Shown one piece after another: positions 1 to 13,884 of a DNA stretch of 64,000 nucleotides; within the stretch, counting starts at the first letter, position 1; every line of letters begins with the position of its first letter. Origin of the DNA: Blasia pusilla. Lineage: Eukaryota. The stretch is taken from contig CM114271.1 in assembly GCA_050084515.1 (NCBI GenBank), positions 6,758,001-6,822,000 of the forward strand, in the 5' to 3' direction. The position numbers and the translations under genes were made by a program. The notes beneath the pieces are model-generated. The model worked only from the letters and a program-made list of their open reading frames with translations, did not search any database and had not been told where the DNA came from.

Positions 1-1727
1 GGTAGAGGTCCATGGAGGGAAATTAAATCTTCCTAATTCTTAAAGCCTACAGGAGTGTGCAGGTGCTCTTAATCTTCCTCCCAAGTTTTCCTCCCATCAA
101 CAGAAGTACCGGGTCATCACCAAGTACAACTGACGTTCATGGGCGAAGCACCCTTTGGCGATTGGTTTTTTGACAATACTTATTAATTTTTCTATCTTTT
201 CTAGCACCAATGCAGCAAACCGGTTGTTATCTTCTGTCATCCATTCTCCGAGGGGGATAGCTAGAGATAGCACATGGTCTTCAGTAAGAACTAGCTGGTT
301 GGGTCTTCTAGGAGACGAGTCTTCTTTCCCCGCTCCTGGATTTCCCATGTGTCTCTCTTCCTCTCCTGCAAAGCTTATGATCCCCGGCAGCAGCGCCAAA
401 AAGTTTCTGGTCCTCTATGTAATGTACAAGAGTTTCTATTTTACAGTTGTTTAATAAGTTCGATCCCCAAGAGGATCATTGTTTGATGAAAAGAGAGTTC
501 AAAATCACAATTCTGTCGTAATAGTTGTATTTAAATGGGTATGATTTATATTCAATGTCTTATCAATATCTTCGGATCTTTCTTAGTACCAAAGTTTCTT
601 TTCTCAATTCTCTCTAGTGGACTTGACAGCACGCTCAGGTAGATTTCCTCTCGATCTCAAGAAACCTCACAGAGACCTCAACATGAAAGCTGGCTTCTCC
701 TACTTTCGGAACTCAATCCGTCTTGGCAGGCTACTCTCTGTCAAACAGATTTTCCTACAACTCTATGTTTATTATTCCATTGATGAGAAAGGTTCGTCTG
801 ATTCACTTCTCACTCTGCAGACCCAATAAGAATACTCAGACATAAGCATCGCACATCAGAATGAAGGAATTATTGCTTTACTACTCCATCAAGAATAAGA
901 AAGCTTCAAAGTGTATACAAGCTCGAGAGGGTACTACTCCCTTGCTCGGACCATTCCTACAACATAAGGACTTTGTAAGAGAATGATGATGATAGCTACT
1001 TTCATTGCTTCTTAAATAATCTCTGAAGGAGGAGTGATCCAAAGATTCGAAGCGGTTTTGATGAAGCTGGTGGCTCTTCAACTTTTGTAACTACCTAGAT
1101 CTATGGTGCTCTTTGCTTTTCCTTTGATCCCTATGAATTCGCAGAACAAAACTGTCATAACTACCAATTTGATACCAAGGGTTGTGTCTCTTCCTATTCT
1201 AAGTGTTCTAACTATGTGTCGCTTGAAATCACTGCCAGTCTTAGCTTCGCTTCGCTGCTAAGTCTGGACCTCTTTTGCTTTGCTTGAGCACGAAGCTCTT
1301 TCTCCTGATTTGAAGACGAAGCGCTCCATTCTTGGTTCTTGTTCTAGGTGCTTCGTTCTTCGTGCTTTGTACAAGAGCAAAGTACTTCTTTCTCTTCTTC
1401 TTCTTGCTTCGTTATGCTTCGTTATAGAGCAAAGCACTTCATAGACAAAGCTTTGTTGAGCTTCGTTATCGTTCTGAAGCTAGCTTCTTGTTGGGTTTTG
1501 AGACTTCGTTATTTGAGTCTCCTCTCCTCTTAGGCAAATCCTTGATTTTCTATCTCTCTGCCTTGTCCTTGGAGCTTCGTGATTCACTTTAATCTTACTC
1601 ATTCCTTCCCATAATAATATATAATAATCAAAATCATAATGTATACGTGGTGCTGGCGGGAACCTAGTACTTGATATACAAGTTTTCGTTGAATAAAAAG
1701 ATATATTTCTTCAAAAGTACAAAATTG

Positions 1728-4700
1728 TGGGTATCACAAGAGCCTAAAATTATGACTTGTGAATAACATCGGTCTTCATGGAGTATTCCTCATCAACAAT
1801 CATAGGCAAATTATAATGTTTGGAACTTTTATATAAAGCAATTTCTCATTGGTCAAGAATTATGGAAGCTTGTTACAAGTAATGAGGCCAAACCAAAAAT
1901 GTGACTCAACAAACTTAAATGCTCACACATGGAACTAAGGCACAAGTTAAATAATCCATTATATTTCAATCACGATCGGTTCGCTAATGATTAGTCATAT
2001 TCAAGATGTTGATAATCCAAAGGTGATTTGAGATGCATTATAAAAGATGTTCAACCCATTTTCAATTAAAACAACAATTGAACAAAGTGAAGAAAGGATC
2101 ACAAATCATCAATGACTTTATGTTGAGTATCAAATATATTGTTGATAAATTAAATAGAATTGGAGTGATTGTAGAAGATGATGATCTAATTTTGTTCATT
2201 CTTCAAACCTTCCAAAAGATTACAAGTCTTTTGAGACCTCTATCTTTATGGGCGAGAAGTATCCAACCTTTCAAGAGTTAGTCATAATGTTAATAAGTGA
2301 GAAGATATATCTTGTCGACAGTAATAGCTCGCCATATCCAATTTATAAATAATGGATCAAATAGAACACATGTCATGGTAGAAGCTTGTGTGGTTGTTGT
2401 GGATATCAAGCATATGGAGGAAGATGCACTCAACATAACTTCACTCAATCAAGTGTGAACGAGTACCAAACACAATCACAAGGTGGTGATGATGGAATCT
2501 GTTGGGATTAAGATCAGCACTAGTGGGTCTCTAGATCTTGCAATTACTATGGGATGAAGGATCACTATGTAAATTTTTCCTTCAAGAAGAATGCAGATAT
2601 GAGAATGGGAGTCTTACAACAACAAAACTATGTGGAGCAAAAACACTAAGTGGAGTTTAAAAAATAACAACATTCACAAACTGAGCACCTCTTGATCATG
2701 ACTCATCGTATGGGAGCAATGGTCAAGAAAAACTCAATAGCATATTGGTACATTAACTCTTATGCATCAAATCACATGACCTCTCAAGCTAAATGGTTCA
2801 ATAGTTGGAGCATGTGAAAGATGCTACAATAGTGCTCATCAAAGATGATACTCAACATCATATCACGTGTATCAATAAAGTTCTAGTAGTATCATATGGT
2901 CTTTGTGCTCTTGAAAATATTTTCTATATTCTTACAACTATAACAAATTTGATCTCTGTATGATACATAGTACAACATGGTTATTATATGAAGTTTAATA
3001 TGGATGGTTGTTTCATTGAAATAATAGATGACTAGACTATCATAGCCAAAGGAACAAGATCTAGAAAAATGTTTAAATTAGATATTTCTATGCTAAAGAT
3101 TCAACAATCAATGAATGATTAAATTGGCCAACAAGTCACAGATTTCAATGTGTGGGATAAAATAACTGGACTTATAAATCTTCCAAGATTATAAATTCTT
3201 CCATCATCTAATCTAGTAAGAGGACTTCCTAAATTATTGAGTCTTACTATGTTAAAGGTATGTCTTGCGGGCCAATTGGAAAACAAACTAGATTTTTATT
3301 TCTAAAGCAGGATAGAAATACATTCAAGATATTAGAGTTGATTCATAATGATGTGTGGATAACATCACAACATGACCTTAGTGGTTTCCAATACTTTGAT
3401 TCATTTTTAGATGACTTCTCTAAGTATCTATGGATATATCTTCTAAAAGCCAAGTAAGAAGTATTCTCGATGTTCCATACATTCATAATTTAGGTAGAGA
3501 AGCAAACTAGACAAGAAATTATCAATTTGCGTTATGATGGAGAAGGGATACCTTGCAAATGAGTTTGACAACTACTTACGTCAAAATGGCATCCAACGAT
3601 AAGTCACTTGTCATTACACTCCATTAAAAAATCTAACGGATGAGCAGTAGAATCAACATATTGAAGAGGCGGAATATGCTATGTTGAATAAGAAGAACAT
3701 GTTTGAGATGTATAGGTTAATGGCTGTAGCATGCGTAGTCTTCTTAATCAACCAAACGCCAACATCTTGAGTTCATGATAAGACTCCATTTGAAGTCTTC
3801 ATAGGAAGTAAAACTGGATTTTTCATTCTTAAAAGCCTTTGACTATATTTTTTTAGCTAATTTTCCTTATGAAAGACATGATGAATTAGATCCCAAATCT
3901 AAGAGATACATCTTCACTGGGCTTTTTTTTTTTAGCTCATTTTCCTTCTGGAAGACGTCATAAATTAGATCCCAAATCTAAGAGATGTATCTTTATTGGC
4001 AACATTGATGGAACTAAGGGATATGAGTGCTACATTTCATCCTCTACATAACTTAGTATTAGTTGTGATGTCATTTTGATGTGTTGAAGTCATGGTATGC
4101 TCTATCGTCCAAATATATATCGATGCCAACATACATCAGATGTCATGCACACAAGTCTAAAATCCATCTAACTATGAATCCTAACATATCTACACATGAA
4201 CGACTAGACAAACCCAATATAAAGTTGATATGGAATGTGAAATTTGATGAAACCTACAATCAACTATGCTTCATCCCAATATCCATTCAATGATACACAT
4301 TGTGATAACTCAATGGGTGTGATTTACGATCAATCCTTGCTCACTCTTCAAGAGAGAAACCAAGCTCAATACATGCAATGTGCATAGTATCATGGATCCT
4401 AGCATGGGTCTGATCCAAGGAAGATGAGCTCTGAATGAGCTTCATCCAAGATATACTTCCTCCACACCTCCATAGGTGACATATACCCATAGGTAACCTC
4501 CTCCTAGCATGTCACTAACCACCTGGAGTACACAAGGTACTAACTCCCTAATCACTACACATGTGATCCTCTCATGAGACCAACTCCCAGGGAACCCTTG
4601 ACCTTATAGGGTAGTATAGGCCTAAGTGGCTCCACACAAAGGATGGGAGAGTCAACCTCTCCAAGGTTATCACTCCTCATAATGGAAGGAAAACCTACAC

Positions 4701-6830
4701 CCGTACGTCATCTCTAAGAGTATATCACATATAACCTCTCAAAATAGGGAAGTTAAAGATCCCTCTAAGGCCTCAATGCTATCTCGTCCTACGGCTCATC
4801 TACCATCACAACTTCATCTGAGCCTATTCCATCTCTAATCTTGTCTTTTGAGGACAATAAACCAACAAACATTGCCTACGAATCTCCCAAGTACTAGTGC
4901 AAGGTTAGAAGAGGTCCTAGAGTCTTTGATTAAATTTCTTAATCCATGGTCGGTAAGAGTACATATTAAGTCTATTGACACTTGTCAAAGCTCAAGTCAT
5001 ATTTCAGAGGCATCCACCTTTGAACAACAACTTTGTATATCAAGTAGAATCACACATCTTGTTCATAGATTCATAAATGAAGATTTTTTCTAACACATCA
5101 TACATATATGATTATTGCCCTTCAAGAACAAGAACCGAGTTATTTTGAAGAAATTTCATGTAAGGTTGTCGGGTAGAATGGAATGAAACTATGGAGGAAG
5201 AGCTTGTTGCATTAACATATCAATAGACTTGGGAGCTAGTTGATATATACCTTCACGTAAGAAAACTATTAGTTGAAAATGGGTTTACAAAGTCAAGGGC
5301 AATAAAGATGGTATAATGAAGAAATAAAAATACATATTTGTAGCGAAGGGCTGTGCATAACAACATCGCATCGATTATAAGGAGATATTTAGCCTTGTTG
5401 CAGAGATGACAACTAGAACAGTGGTTGCAATTGCATTAAGTAAGAAGTGGAGACTACATCATACGGATGTCAAGAATGCCTTCTTGAATGGAGATGTGCA
5501 TGAGGAGGTATATATGGCTCAATCTCTTGGACATGAGCATCTAGAGTTTCCATTCCGCGTATGTACGTTAAACAAAGCTCTATATGGGCTCACGTAAGCC
5601 CCAAGAGCTTGTTATGGAAAGATTACATATCTCCTACAAGAGCTTGGCTTTAGGATTTTTTATTCTGATTCCTCATATTATGTCTTAAGAGGACAAGACC
5701 ATACGATTATCATTGTGTTGTATGTTGATGACTTATTGAGTATTGGGACTATTGAGGATATGATACTACAAGTCAAGCCAAAGTTTCAGGCAGAAGTTAA
5801 TATGGAGGACTCATGAAAACTCAAAGTACTTCCTTGGTATTGATTTTATTAAGGTTGGAGAGAGCATTTGGTTATTACAACAATAATATACTCTTCACAT
5901 GCTTTCAAAATATGGTATAACGGCTTGTAATTAAATGTGTACACCATTAGATCATAGTATGAAGCTAAGAGTGGATGAAGGAGAGTTGCTTGCAGATTCT
6001 TATATGTATAGGTGTATGGTTAGAAGTTTAATCTATCTAACTATAACTAGGCCAGACGTGAGCAACGTAGTTGGCGTAGTGAGATAGTTCATGCAAGCAC
6101 CTTGACAACCTCACCTTGATGTTATGAGGGGGATTATGCAATATGCGGAATTCTTTGTTCAATTTGGGCTTCAATTTGAACCTTCACCTTGTTAATATTT
6201 ACAAGAATTCACATATGCTTTTTGGGCATGAAGCATATCTTATAGACACTCTACATCCAGTTCTTCCTTCACCTTGGGAAACGCAATTATAAGTTGGGCT
6301 TCAAAGAAGCAATCTACCATTCCTTTATCTTTAAGAGAGGCTAAGTACATTAGGAGTAACCAATGTACCGTGTGAGGCGGTGTGTCTTCATCAATTACTT
6401 ACTGAGACTGGTATTAGTAACTTAGGACCTAGTGTAATATATGCAGATAATGTTAGTAGCACCACACTTGCTAAAAATCCTCTGTTTTATACTCGAACAA
6501 AGCATGTTGAGATGCACTACCAATTTATCAGAGAGAAAGTGCTTGCAAGAGAAATTAACCTTGTTTATATAGGTATAGATCAGCAAATTTCTTATATCTT
6601 TACAAAGGCATTGCCTAAAGATAAGTTTGAGATGTTTAGAAGCGATTTAGGTTTTAGAGACATGGATATAAGCTTAAGGAGGAGCATTGAAGATGAAGTT
6701 CTCGTCAAGCTCATCGGACATATAAACTGCTATATTTGGTATATTCACGTGAAGCAGGAAAGATTAATCTTGGTTAGTTAGTTGAGTATAAATAAGAATC
6801 ACCAAAGACTATTGTTAGGATTAGGGTAAG
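1728..6830 (+). mobile_element. Degenerate Ty1/copia LTR retrotransposon (gag-PR-INT-RT-RH relic plus start of 3' LTR)
   Basis: Degenerate PBS-like gggtatcacaagagc (~1729). Gag fragment 2033-2281; protease-like WYINSYASNHMT (~2746); integrase LELIHNDVW..FLDDFSKYLWIY (3260-3457); RT DVKNAFLNGDVHEEVYM..LNKALYGL (5406-5597) and LYVDDL (~5718); RNase H DNVS..KNPLFYTRTKHVEMHYQFIRE (6380-6781). PPT-like aggaggag at ~6677. Copia order INT-RT-RH; many stops and frameshifts; boundaries approximate. Confidence 0.9.
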
Positions 6831-6832
6831 GG

Positions 6833-8690
6833 TCAAGGTTGCACACAAACATGTCCTTGTATGCGAACTTATGTCCATCCCTAAGATGGACATGTTTGTG
6901 AAGGTGCACGTACCCGCTGCTCGTATTCGAGCCCACCGCATGCGTAACGCACACTTGGGCTCAGCCAGCCCGCACCCAGTCTAAGAACCCGTCGCTCATT
7001 TTTTAACATACACTAGCCCGCCCTAAGCCCGCATTGGCCCATGGTAGGCCTGCATTGCACTCTCGACCAGGCCTGTAAGGCGAGCCCATGTAAGGTCTGG
7101 CCTTGTTGCATGTCGGGCCTTTGCCCTGCAAGGGAAAAAGCCGGCCCTCCGGGCCTACCATGGGCTTGGTCGCATCATTGGCCCGGTGCGGGCCGATATT
7201 TTCAGTTGCTATGAAGAACAAAGAAAAAAATACAATAAATTGTTTTACTTAAGTGGTTTTTGCTTCTTTTTGTTTTTTTTTGTTGCCTCCTACAATCTAA
7301 GACGCATTAAAGGGGATGCAAGAAGGCCAAGCTGAGCTGGGTGATTTAAAAAGGGGAAGGAAAATCATGAGACTCGCCCAATTCATTTTGGGATCAAACT
7401 ATAGCCAAATGCAAAGTTGGGGACCTCAATCCACATTTGGGTTGATGGCCAAAAGTAGTGGGATACTTAGGATGGAGAGGAGGACCAGAAAAATCCATAA
7501 GCATATATAGGGGAGGGATACTCTCCATCCCCACCCCCACATTACTTGGAATAAGGGTTTGATCATGTTTCATGTTTGTCAACTAGGATATCGTTCGGGA
7601 TGCACTTTGAGGATAGCAATCAGCCTCCAATAGGTCAAGGCTCAAGGAAGAGAGTCCTTACGCAAATGGTATGCCCTTTGTATGACCTGAAACTTAATAT
7701 TGGCGACACGTTGTTCGAGTCTATCCCATGGAACATGTAACAAGTTAGGTCTTGAAACGTAAGTCTTGCGCTCAAGGCTCAAGGTGGGGGTGTCTTGATG
7801 GACATAGCAAAGAGGAGTAACTCTACAAGAATGTGCAATTTCTAAGAATGATGTATCATGTAAGCGAATGTTTGAGTAATCCTTCTTTTTTCAAAATAGA
7901 AGAATCTTCTTTCTCATAAAAAGTAGAGCTACTCGGATATTATGAAAAAAAAACTCAAATATTAAATTTGGATATTTTGAGGATATAACAAAAATATTAC
8001 ATATTTATAGGGATTTAACCGCATAAGATCTTACATAAGATCATTCATTCCTATGCATGAACTTATCCATTTCTATCCATGCATGAACTTATCCATTTCT
8101 ATGCAAGCACCTTCACATCTGAAAATTTGTGATTTTGATATCAATCCTAATCCACTCTTCATACAAAATAACTCACCATCAATATCAAGATAACATATGG
8201 ACAAAGTTTGTGTCCGAGGACATATCCATATATTTGTCGACCCGTAGTTATGTCCATCCCTAGGACACGCGTGCCCATTTAGGCCTTGATACCAACGTTC
8301 GGGCCCGTAATGTAGACCTTGGCTCGGCCAACAAACACCCCGGCCGACACTGCCTGCAACATGGACCAGGACTTCGCCAACCCGCACCAAGTCCATGAAC
8401 TCGTCGCCCGTTCTCACCGACCATGCAGTTTGTAGCCCGCATCGAGTCTACTTGGCCCCTAAGGCCTATGCAAGGGAATGCAAGCTTAGGGCGGGCTGAT
8501 GCGGGTCAGGACAGGGCTCATACACCGCACACCCATTTGATCCCTGCCCACCTCCCTTATTTCGAGCCTGATTTTGTTACCTATGTCCCAAGCCCGCGCA
8601 TGCCACTATGGTACAGAAAAAAACTGGGTGAGGGACCAATTGGGCATATCTGTCCCTTGGATGGACATGTCCTTTTCGGTGCAAGCTTGA
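6833..8690. mobile_element. Putative non-autonomous TIR DNA transposon (hAT-like) with GC-rich subterminal motifs
   Basis: tcaaggttgcac (6833-6844) and gtgcaagcttga (8679-8690) are an 11/12 inverted match. atgtccatcc/ggatggacat motifs recur near both ends. gcccgccctaagcccgcatt (~7016) is an inverted match to aatgcaagcttagggcgggc (~8478). No TSD recognised. Confidence 0.4.
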
Positions 8691-9440
8691 TCAATATACC
8701 AACATAGCTTCAATCATGGATGTCACTCTCAACCTCTCATATCTAAAAACAAGATCCAAAATCGACCTCCATAATCTATAATCACCCCCACCCAACCACC
8801 CACCTTCTCTTATTGACCAACTCCATGGTAAAATATGTATAGAGTTTAATTCCAATAATAAGGCAATATAAACTTGGAGTATACTTGGAATATACTCTCC
8901 TTAAACTTCCTCTACACTTAGTCCTATAATAAGGGAGTAGATGCATGGTCAACAAGGAAAGGCCTTTCACAAGAGGATAATCCCTCTTATGTAACTCTCC
9001 TTGCTCTCCTTGAGCCTCATAGGCTCAAGTCAAACCATTACATGCATGACACGCAAAAATCTGTCACCTAAGATGTAACAAAAGGATGACATGTACACAT
9101 ATGTCCCCTCTAAGAAAGCATGTCATTATGACCTCCTGATATAAGTACTACAAAGGACCCCTCTAGGTCTCAATGTAATATGACCTACCTCCATATGGTC
9201 ATGAGGATTGTGGTACAAATACACATTGGTAACCAAAATATATCATTTGACATCAACACATGACTAATATCTTTCTAATCTATAAATCCTGGAACATCAG
9301 TGCACAAAATGACTTTATACACCCAATCACTCTACTTAATGATGGTTAATTTCCTCTAAATTTTGAAAGCTAACAAAACAATAATAAATATTATACACCT
9401 TTTCGAATTCAGTGCTTCCATCAAAAGGTTAGGTGTTATA

Positions 9441-9960
9441 TGTCACGTCTTTTAGGATAGATCGGTGAGATGATCTAGTAGAGCGCCTTCGTGAGTTCTA
9501 GAGGACACGCTCAGTAGATTGAGGATGCCCTGTTGAGGCCCCGGGAAACCTGAGAGAGCACGTTTCCCCTTTGTTTCCGCTCATTTGGAGCCATATTTAG
9601 GAACTAACTATTTTAGTGAAGTATCATTTTGAGTATATGATCAACTTTTTATTTTTGGTAAGTGGCCCTTGACCTCCTACATCATGTCAAGAGCCAAGGA
9701 GGTGACTTGGGAGCATAGGTTACCATGGAGAGAGCTTGGGAGAGGGGAGGGGTATACCTCAAGGAGAGAGAGCTTGAGAGCTTATTCCCTCTTTGTTGAA
9801 CCTCTTGGTATGAGGCCGCGAAGCTATGGTCTTGCTTCCCTTGTGTGTGTAATCCAAGCCTCTCATTAGGAGAGTGGGTTTGGTTGACATTGAGAGAGAT
9901 ATGTGAGAGTGCACACACGTGAGAACTATGGTGTTGTGAGAGAGATTGGATCTTATTTTA
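9441..9960 (+). repeat. Terminal repeat block A (~520 bp), A1 of copy 1, followed by unique 5' leader (9961-10038)
   Basis: Homologous to 10166-10681(-), 19303-19804(+), 32975-33467(-), 55685-56202(-) and ~57050-57591(-); all begin tgtcac(g/a)tct.ttaggatagat. Confidence 0.9.
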
Positions 9961-10038
9961 CAAAGAGAGAATGAGTGAGTGAGAGAGCTTCATGGGGAAG
10001 CTCCCTGGTCACTCACTAGTTTTGCAGGTTGGGGATCG

Positions 10039-10813
10039 TGTCGTGCACATACACATCGCTACACAACATACATCGTTGTCATCGAACACACATACAAACA
10101 CGCACGATCCCTGCTAACTCATGGCATCCAAACAAAGAGACAAGAAGAACCAAAATATCTCCAATAAAATAAGATCCAATCTCTCTCACAACACTATAGT
10201 TCTCACATGTGTGCACTGTCACATGTGTCTCTCAATGTCAAACCAAACCCACTCTCCTAATGAGAGGCTTGGATTACACACCCAAGGCAAGCAAGACCAT
10301 AGCTCCGCCGCCTCATGCCAAGAGGTTCAACAAAGAGAGAATAAGCTCTCAAGCTCTCTCTCCTTGAGGTATACCCCTCCCTTCTCCCAAGCTCTCTCCA
10401 TGGTAACCTATGCTCCCAAGTCACCTCCCAACCTATGACCTGATGTAGGAGGTCAAGGATCACTTACCAAAAATACAAAGTTGATCATATATTCAAAATG
10501 GTACTTACCTAAAATAGTGAATTCCTTAATATGGCTCCAAATGAGCCGAAACGAAGGGAAAACCTGCTCTCTTAGGTTTCCCGGGGCCTCACCATGTCAT
10601 CCTTGACCTACTGAGCATGTCCTCCACTACTCACAAAAGCGCTCTACTAGATCCCACCGATCTATCCTAAAAGACGTGACACTTGTTGTGCGCATATACA
10701 TCACTACACAACATACATCGATGTCACCGAACACACACACACAAACACGCACGATCCCATTCTAACTCATGGCATCCAAACAACGAGACAAGAAGTACCA
10801 AAATATCTCCAAT
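10039..10813 (-). repeat. B1-A2-B2 repeat cluster of copy 1 (B1 10684-10813, 2-bp spacer, A2 10166-10681, B2 10039-10165)
   Basis: The ~127-bp block B (tgt(c/t)gtgc..tatctccaat) occurs on both sides of block A. Same arrangement at 32862-33597. Confidence 0.9.
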
Positions 10814-10993
10814 CGCTTCCCTAGCTGGTGGTTAGATCGCGCTCACTCCAAATAGCCATCTATCCCTACCTACCATGACATACATCTCTCGGACGCTAAG
10901 AGCAAGAAGGTCGGGTGCTCATGTGGCCCCATCGTTAGTTGCCTTCTTGTCATCCATGTCACAGACACAAGTCGGAATGTAGAACTAGCTACT

Positions 10994-11140
10994 CTATGTA
11001 CATCTGTGACATATCCATCGTCCCCTCGGAACCCTAGTGAGAGGTGGCGTCAAACATGTCATATGCCATCCTCTCGAACACCCATCACAAACTAGCATAG
11101 TGGCTCCACCACGGGCGGAACCACACAACATACACTGCAA
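10994..11140 (-). pseudogene. PHD finger (C4HC3) at C-terminus of retroelement Pol, copy 1
   Basis: CMLCGSARGGATMLVCDGCSRGWHMTCLTPPLTRVPRGRWICHRC in ORF 10994-11218. Confidence 0.9.
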
Positions 11141-11219
11141 GCCTGTAGAAACTATTGCTAAGCTCGGATCAACTGTACCTTCAATGTTTGGAAGATGACA
11201 TGGCGCACATTTACGCATG

Positions 11220-13620
11220 TGGTCCTTTCAAACCATACCATTGCGTACCTCCAATAAGATAACACCGGATTGCAAAACCTCACGCACTCTCAAGATAGTG
11301 CGCCCTGCAGTCACATTCAACGTCGTGGATGCCGTCTGCTACAAGTAGACATGGTCTCCCTGATGAAACCTCCGGATAGTAGGTTGATAACCACCTCCCC
11401 AAATAGTCGCATACCTCAACATATCCCGATATTGCATAATCGCCAAGTTCTCAAACGCCATGGGCATCACTCTCCGAAATAACTCAGCCCTGTGAGAACA
11501 TGTTTGCATCCATATATCAAGGTCATCAAGGTTCAACACATCATTAACATTTTGACAAATGGTTGTAGGTAAATCTAGCTCTCGGCCATAAAGCAACAAG
11601 TACGGTGAGAAAGACACTAAGGACGCCTCCCTGCTGAATTTGTATCCCATCGCCAACGATGGCAACTAAAGGTCCCAATCTCCTAGGTGACCTCTCTACA
11701 AGCCATACTTGCGTAGTCCTCTCTTCACCGTCTGCACAACTCGCTCCGCTAGTCCATCCGCCTCAGGATGATCTCGCGAAGTAGTGTGGTGGTCGATCAG
11801 TGCTTGATCACACAAGGCCTTAAACTCCCGGCGGAATTCTGTACCATGGTCTGTCAACACCTCAGCTGGTGCATCGTAATGACTCAACACTCAACCTAGG
11901 AAGTCATACGCTACTCCCTCACTTGCTTTGTCAGGCAATGAAACCAACTCTATCCACTTCGAGAAGTGCTCGACCATCACCAACACATAACGACTATGGC
12001 GCTCCGTTAAAGGCAAAGGTCCGAAAAAATCCAAACTCCATCTATAACCTAAACCCATGATGGGAAGTGGATGCAACTATGGAGTTGGAACATTGAACAA
12101 TGCTCGGACTCGATCACACACCATGCATCTGGCAACAAACTATTGAACATCAGTCTGCATGCCTTCCCACCAATACTGAATCTGGAGCAAGCTATATGTC
12201 CGCTTCACTACAAAATGATCCAACTCCTCGTGGGCATCACACACCAAACGTGCTCTCTGCAAAGGATGAGGCACTACACGCACTCTAACATCCTCCCACA
12301 CTCGCAACACATGTGTGCCCTCCCACCGGAACCTTCTGGCTCGCTGTAGGATGCGATCCAGCTCTCTAGCACCCATTGTGCTCGCGACGTTGCCAGTACG
12401 CGGTACTCCAAGACCACTCCATCGTTGTGAATATCTTGGCCTCATGTCGTCTCCTCACCGGCCTCTGTATCTAAGGACTCTCCATCAGACCTCACCATTG
12501 AAGTCTCAGCAATTTGGCTCTCCATAGCCAACAAGCCCAAATAGGTTGACGCATGTCATCCTGGCACCAGCTCCTCATCACTCTCACCATGCCAGCAAGC
12601 TCCAGTCGCATCTCGCTGACTTAGGTATGGATTACAGCTCAAACCATCTGCATCTTGGTTGAGCGTCCTAGGTCTATGCACCACTTGGAAGTCATACTCC
12701 TGCAACAAAAGAAGCCCACCTAGCAAGCTTCCCTGTAAGCTTGTCGGACTCCATCAACCACTTAAGTGGCTGATGATCAGTAATGATGGTAAAGGGATTG
12801 CCGAATAGATAACATCTAAAATATGCGACAGCCCACACTGTAGCCAAGCACTCACCCTCATACGAGCTATACTTCGCCTCTACAGCGTTGTTTCAGCGAC
12901 TAGCATAAGCCACCACGAACTCTACCATCATCGTCATGTTAGGTGGGCACGGCTCCAAGCCCCAACATGCTCCAATTCTTATGCAACTGGAAAGGATGCC
13001 CCGTGATTGGTCTCCTCAATATGGGCGCAAACGTCAATCTGTCCTTGAGCATCTGAAATGCTCTCTCTTGCTCATCCCCCCAGTACCACTCCTGATCCAC
13101 CTTGGTCATCAAGGTTAGCGGCTTCGCAATCGAACTGAAACCTTTGACGTATCGTCGATAGAAGTTTGCCAATCCCATGAATGCACAAACTCGACTCACA
13201 TTTGCAGGGCGTGGAATGCGTGAAATAGCTTGGATATAGCTTTAGCCCATGTAATTGAAATCATCGAAATACCTCCTCTAGATTTCGTTCATGCTCTTCA
13301 ACTGTGGCGCTAAAGACTACGATGTCATCAATATAACACCTAACAAAATCCAGACCTGCCAAGATCCTATCCATGACCCTCTGAAACTCAATCGGTACAT
13401 TCTTTAACCTGAATGGTAAGAACCGCCACTGGTACAAACAATCCTTCCCGTGAGGATTGATGCCCCAAAATGCCGTCTTTTGCCTATTCTCAAAATCTGA
13501 TAAGCAAGTGATGGTATCCGGCTCGCAAATCCAATGACTTGAAGATCTTTGCATGTCCAATTGCATGGAGACCCTATCGGACTTCGTCTACCGATTGATA
13601 GATCAGTAATCTCCACCAAA
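11220..13620 (-). pseudogene. Gypsy-type RT-RNaseH-integrase, disrupted, copy 1
   Basis: RT: FLPFRLKNVPIEFQRVMDRIL..CYIDDIVVFS, FMGLANFYRRYVKGFSSIAKPL. Integrase: WSLDFFGPLP..VMVEHFSKW..EVLTDHGTEF..HPEADGLAERVVQTVK (DDE). About 0.4 kb of RT N-terminus is missing relative to copy 2 near 13615. Confidence 0.92.
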
Positions 13621-13884
13621 TCTCAGAGATGAGATAAAGGAAGTCTCATCTCCATGTGCAGTACTCGGAACCACATTCGATGTTGTGGTTATCATCTCCT
13701 GGCGTACCTGCAAAACATCCCAAGAAGTCCAAGGGTGTCTCTCCCGATCACCCCTGGTGTGTGGATCTCCTTGGGTCTCGCACCCAGCCGCTGCCTCAAC
13801 CGCCTCGGTAGGCATGGGGCTCACCAACGCAACAGTTGTGATCTGTCGCATCCTCAACCGACGCTGCTTAGCTACTCCTAAGCT

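Noticed and set aside
9669-10463. Recurrent short ORFs (EVTWEHRLPWRELGRGEG.. / SPNERLGLHTQGKQDH..) found several times in the window
   Set aside because: They recur only because they lie in terminal repeat block A; starts and stops vary between copies.
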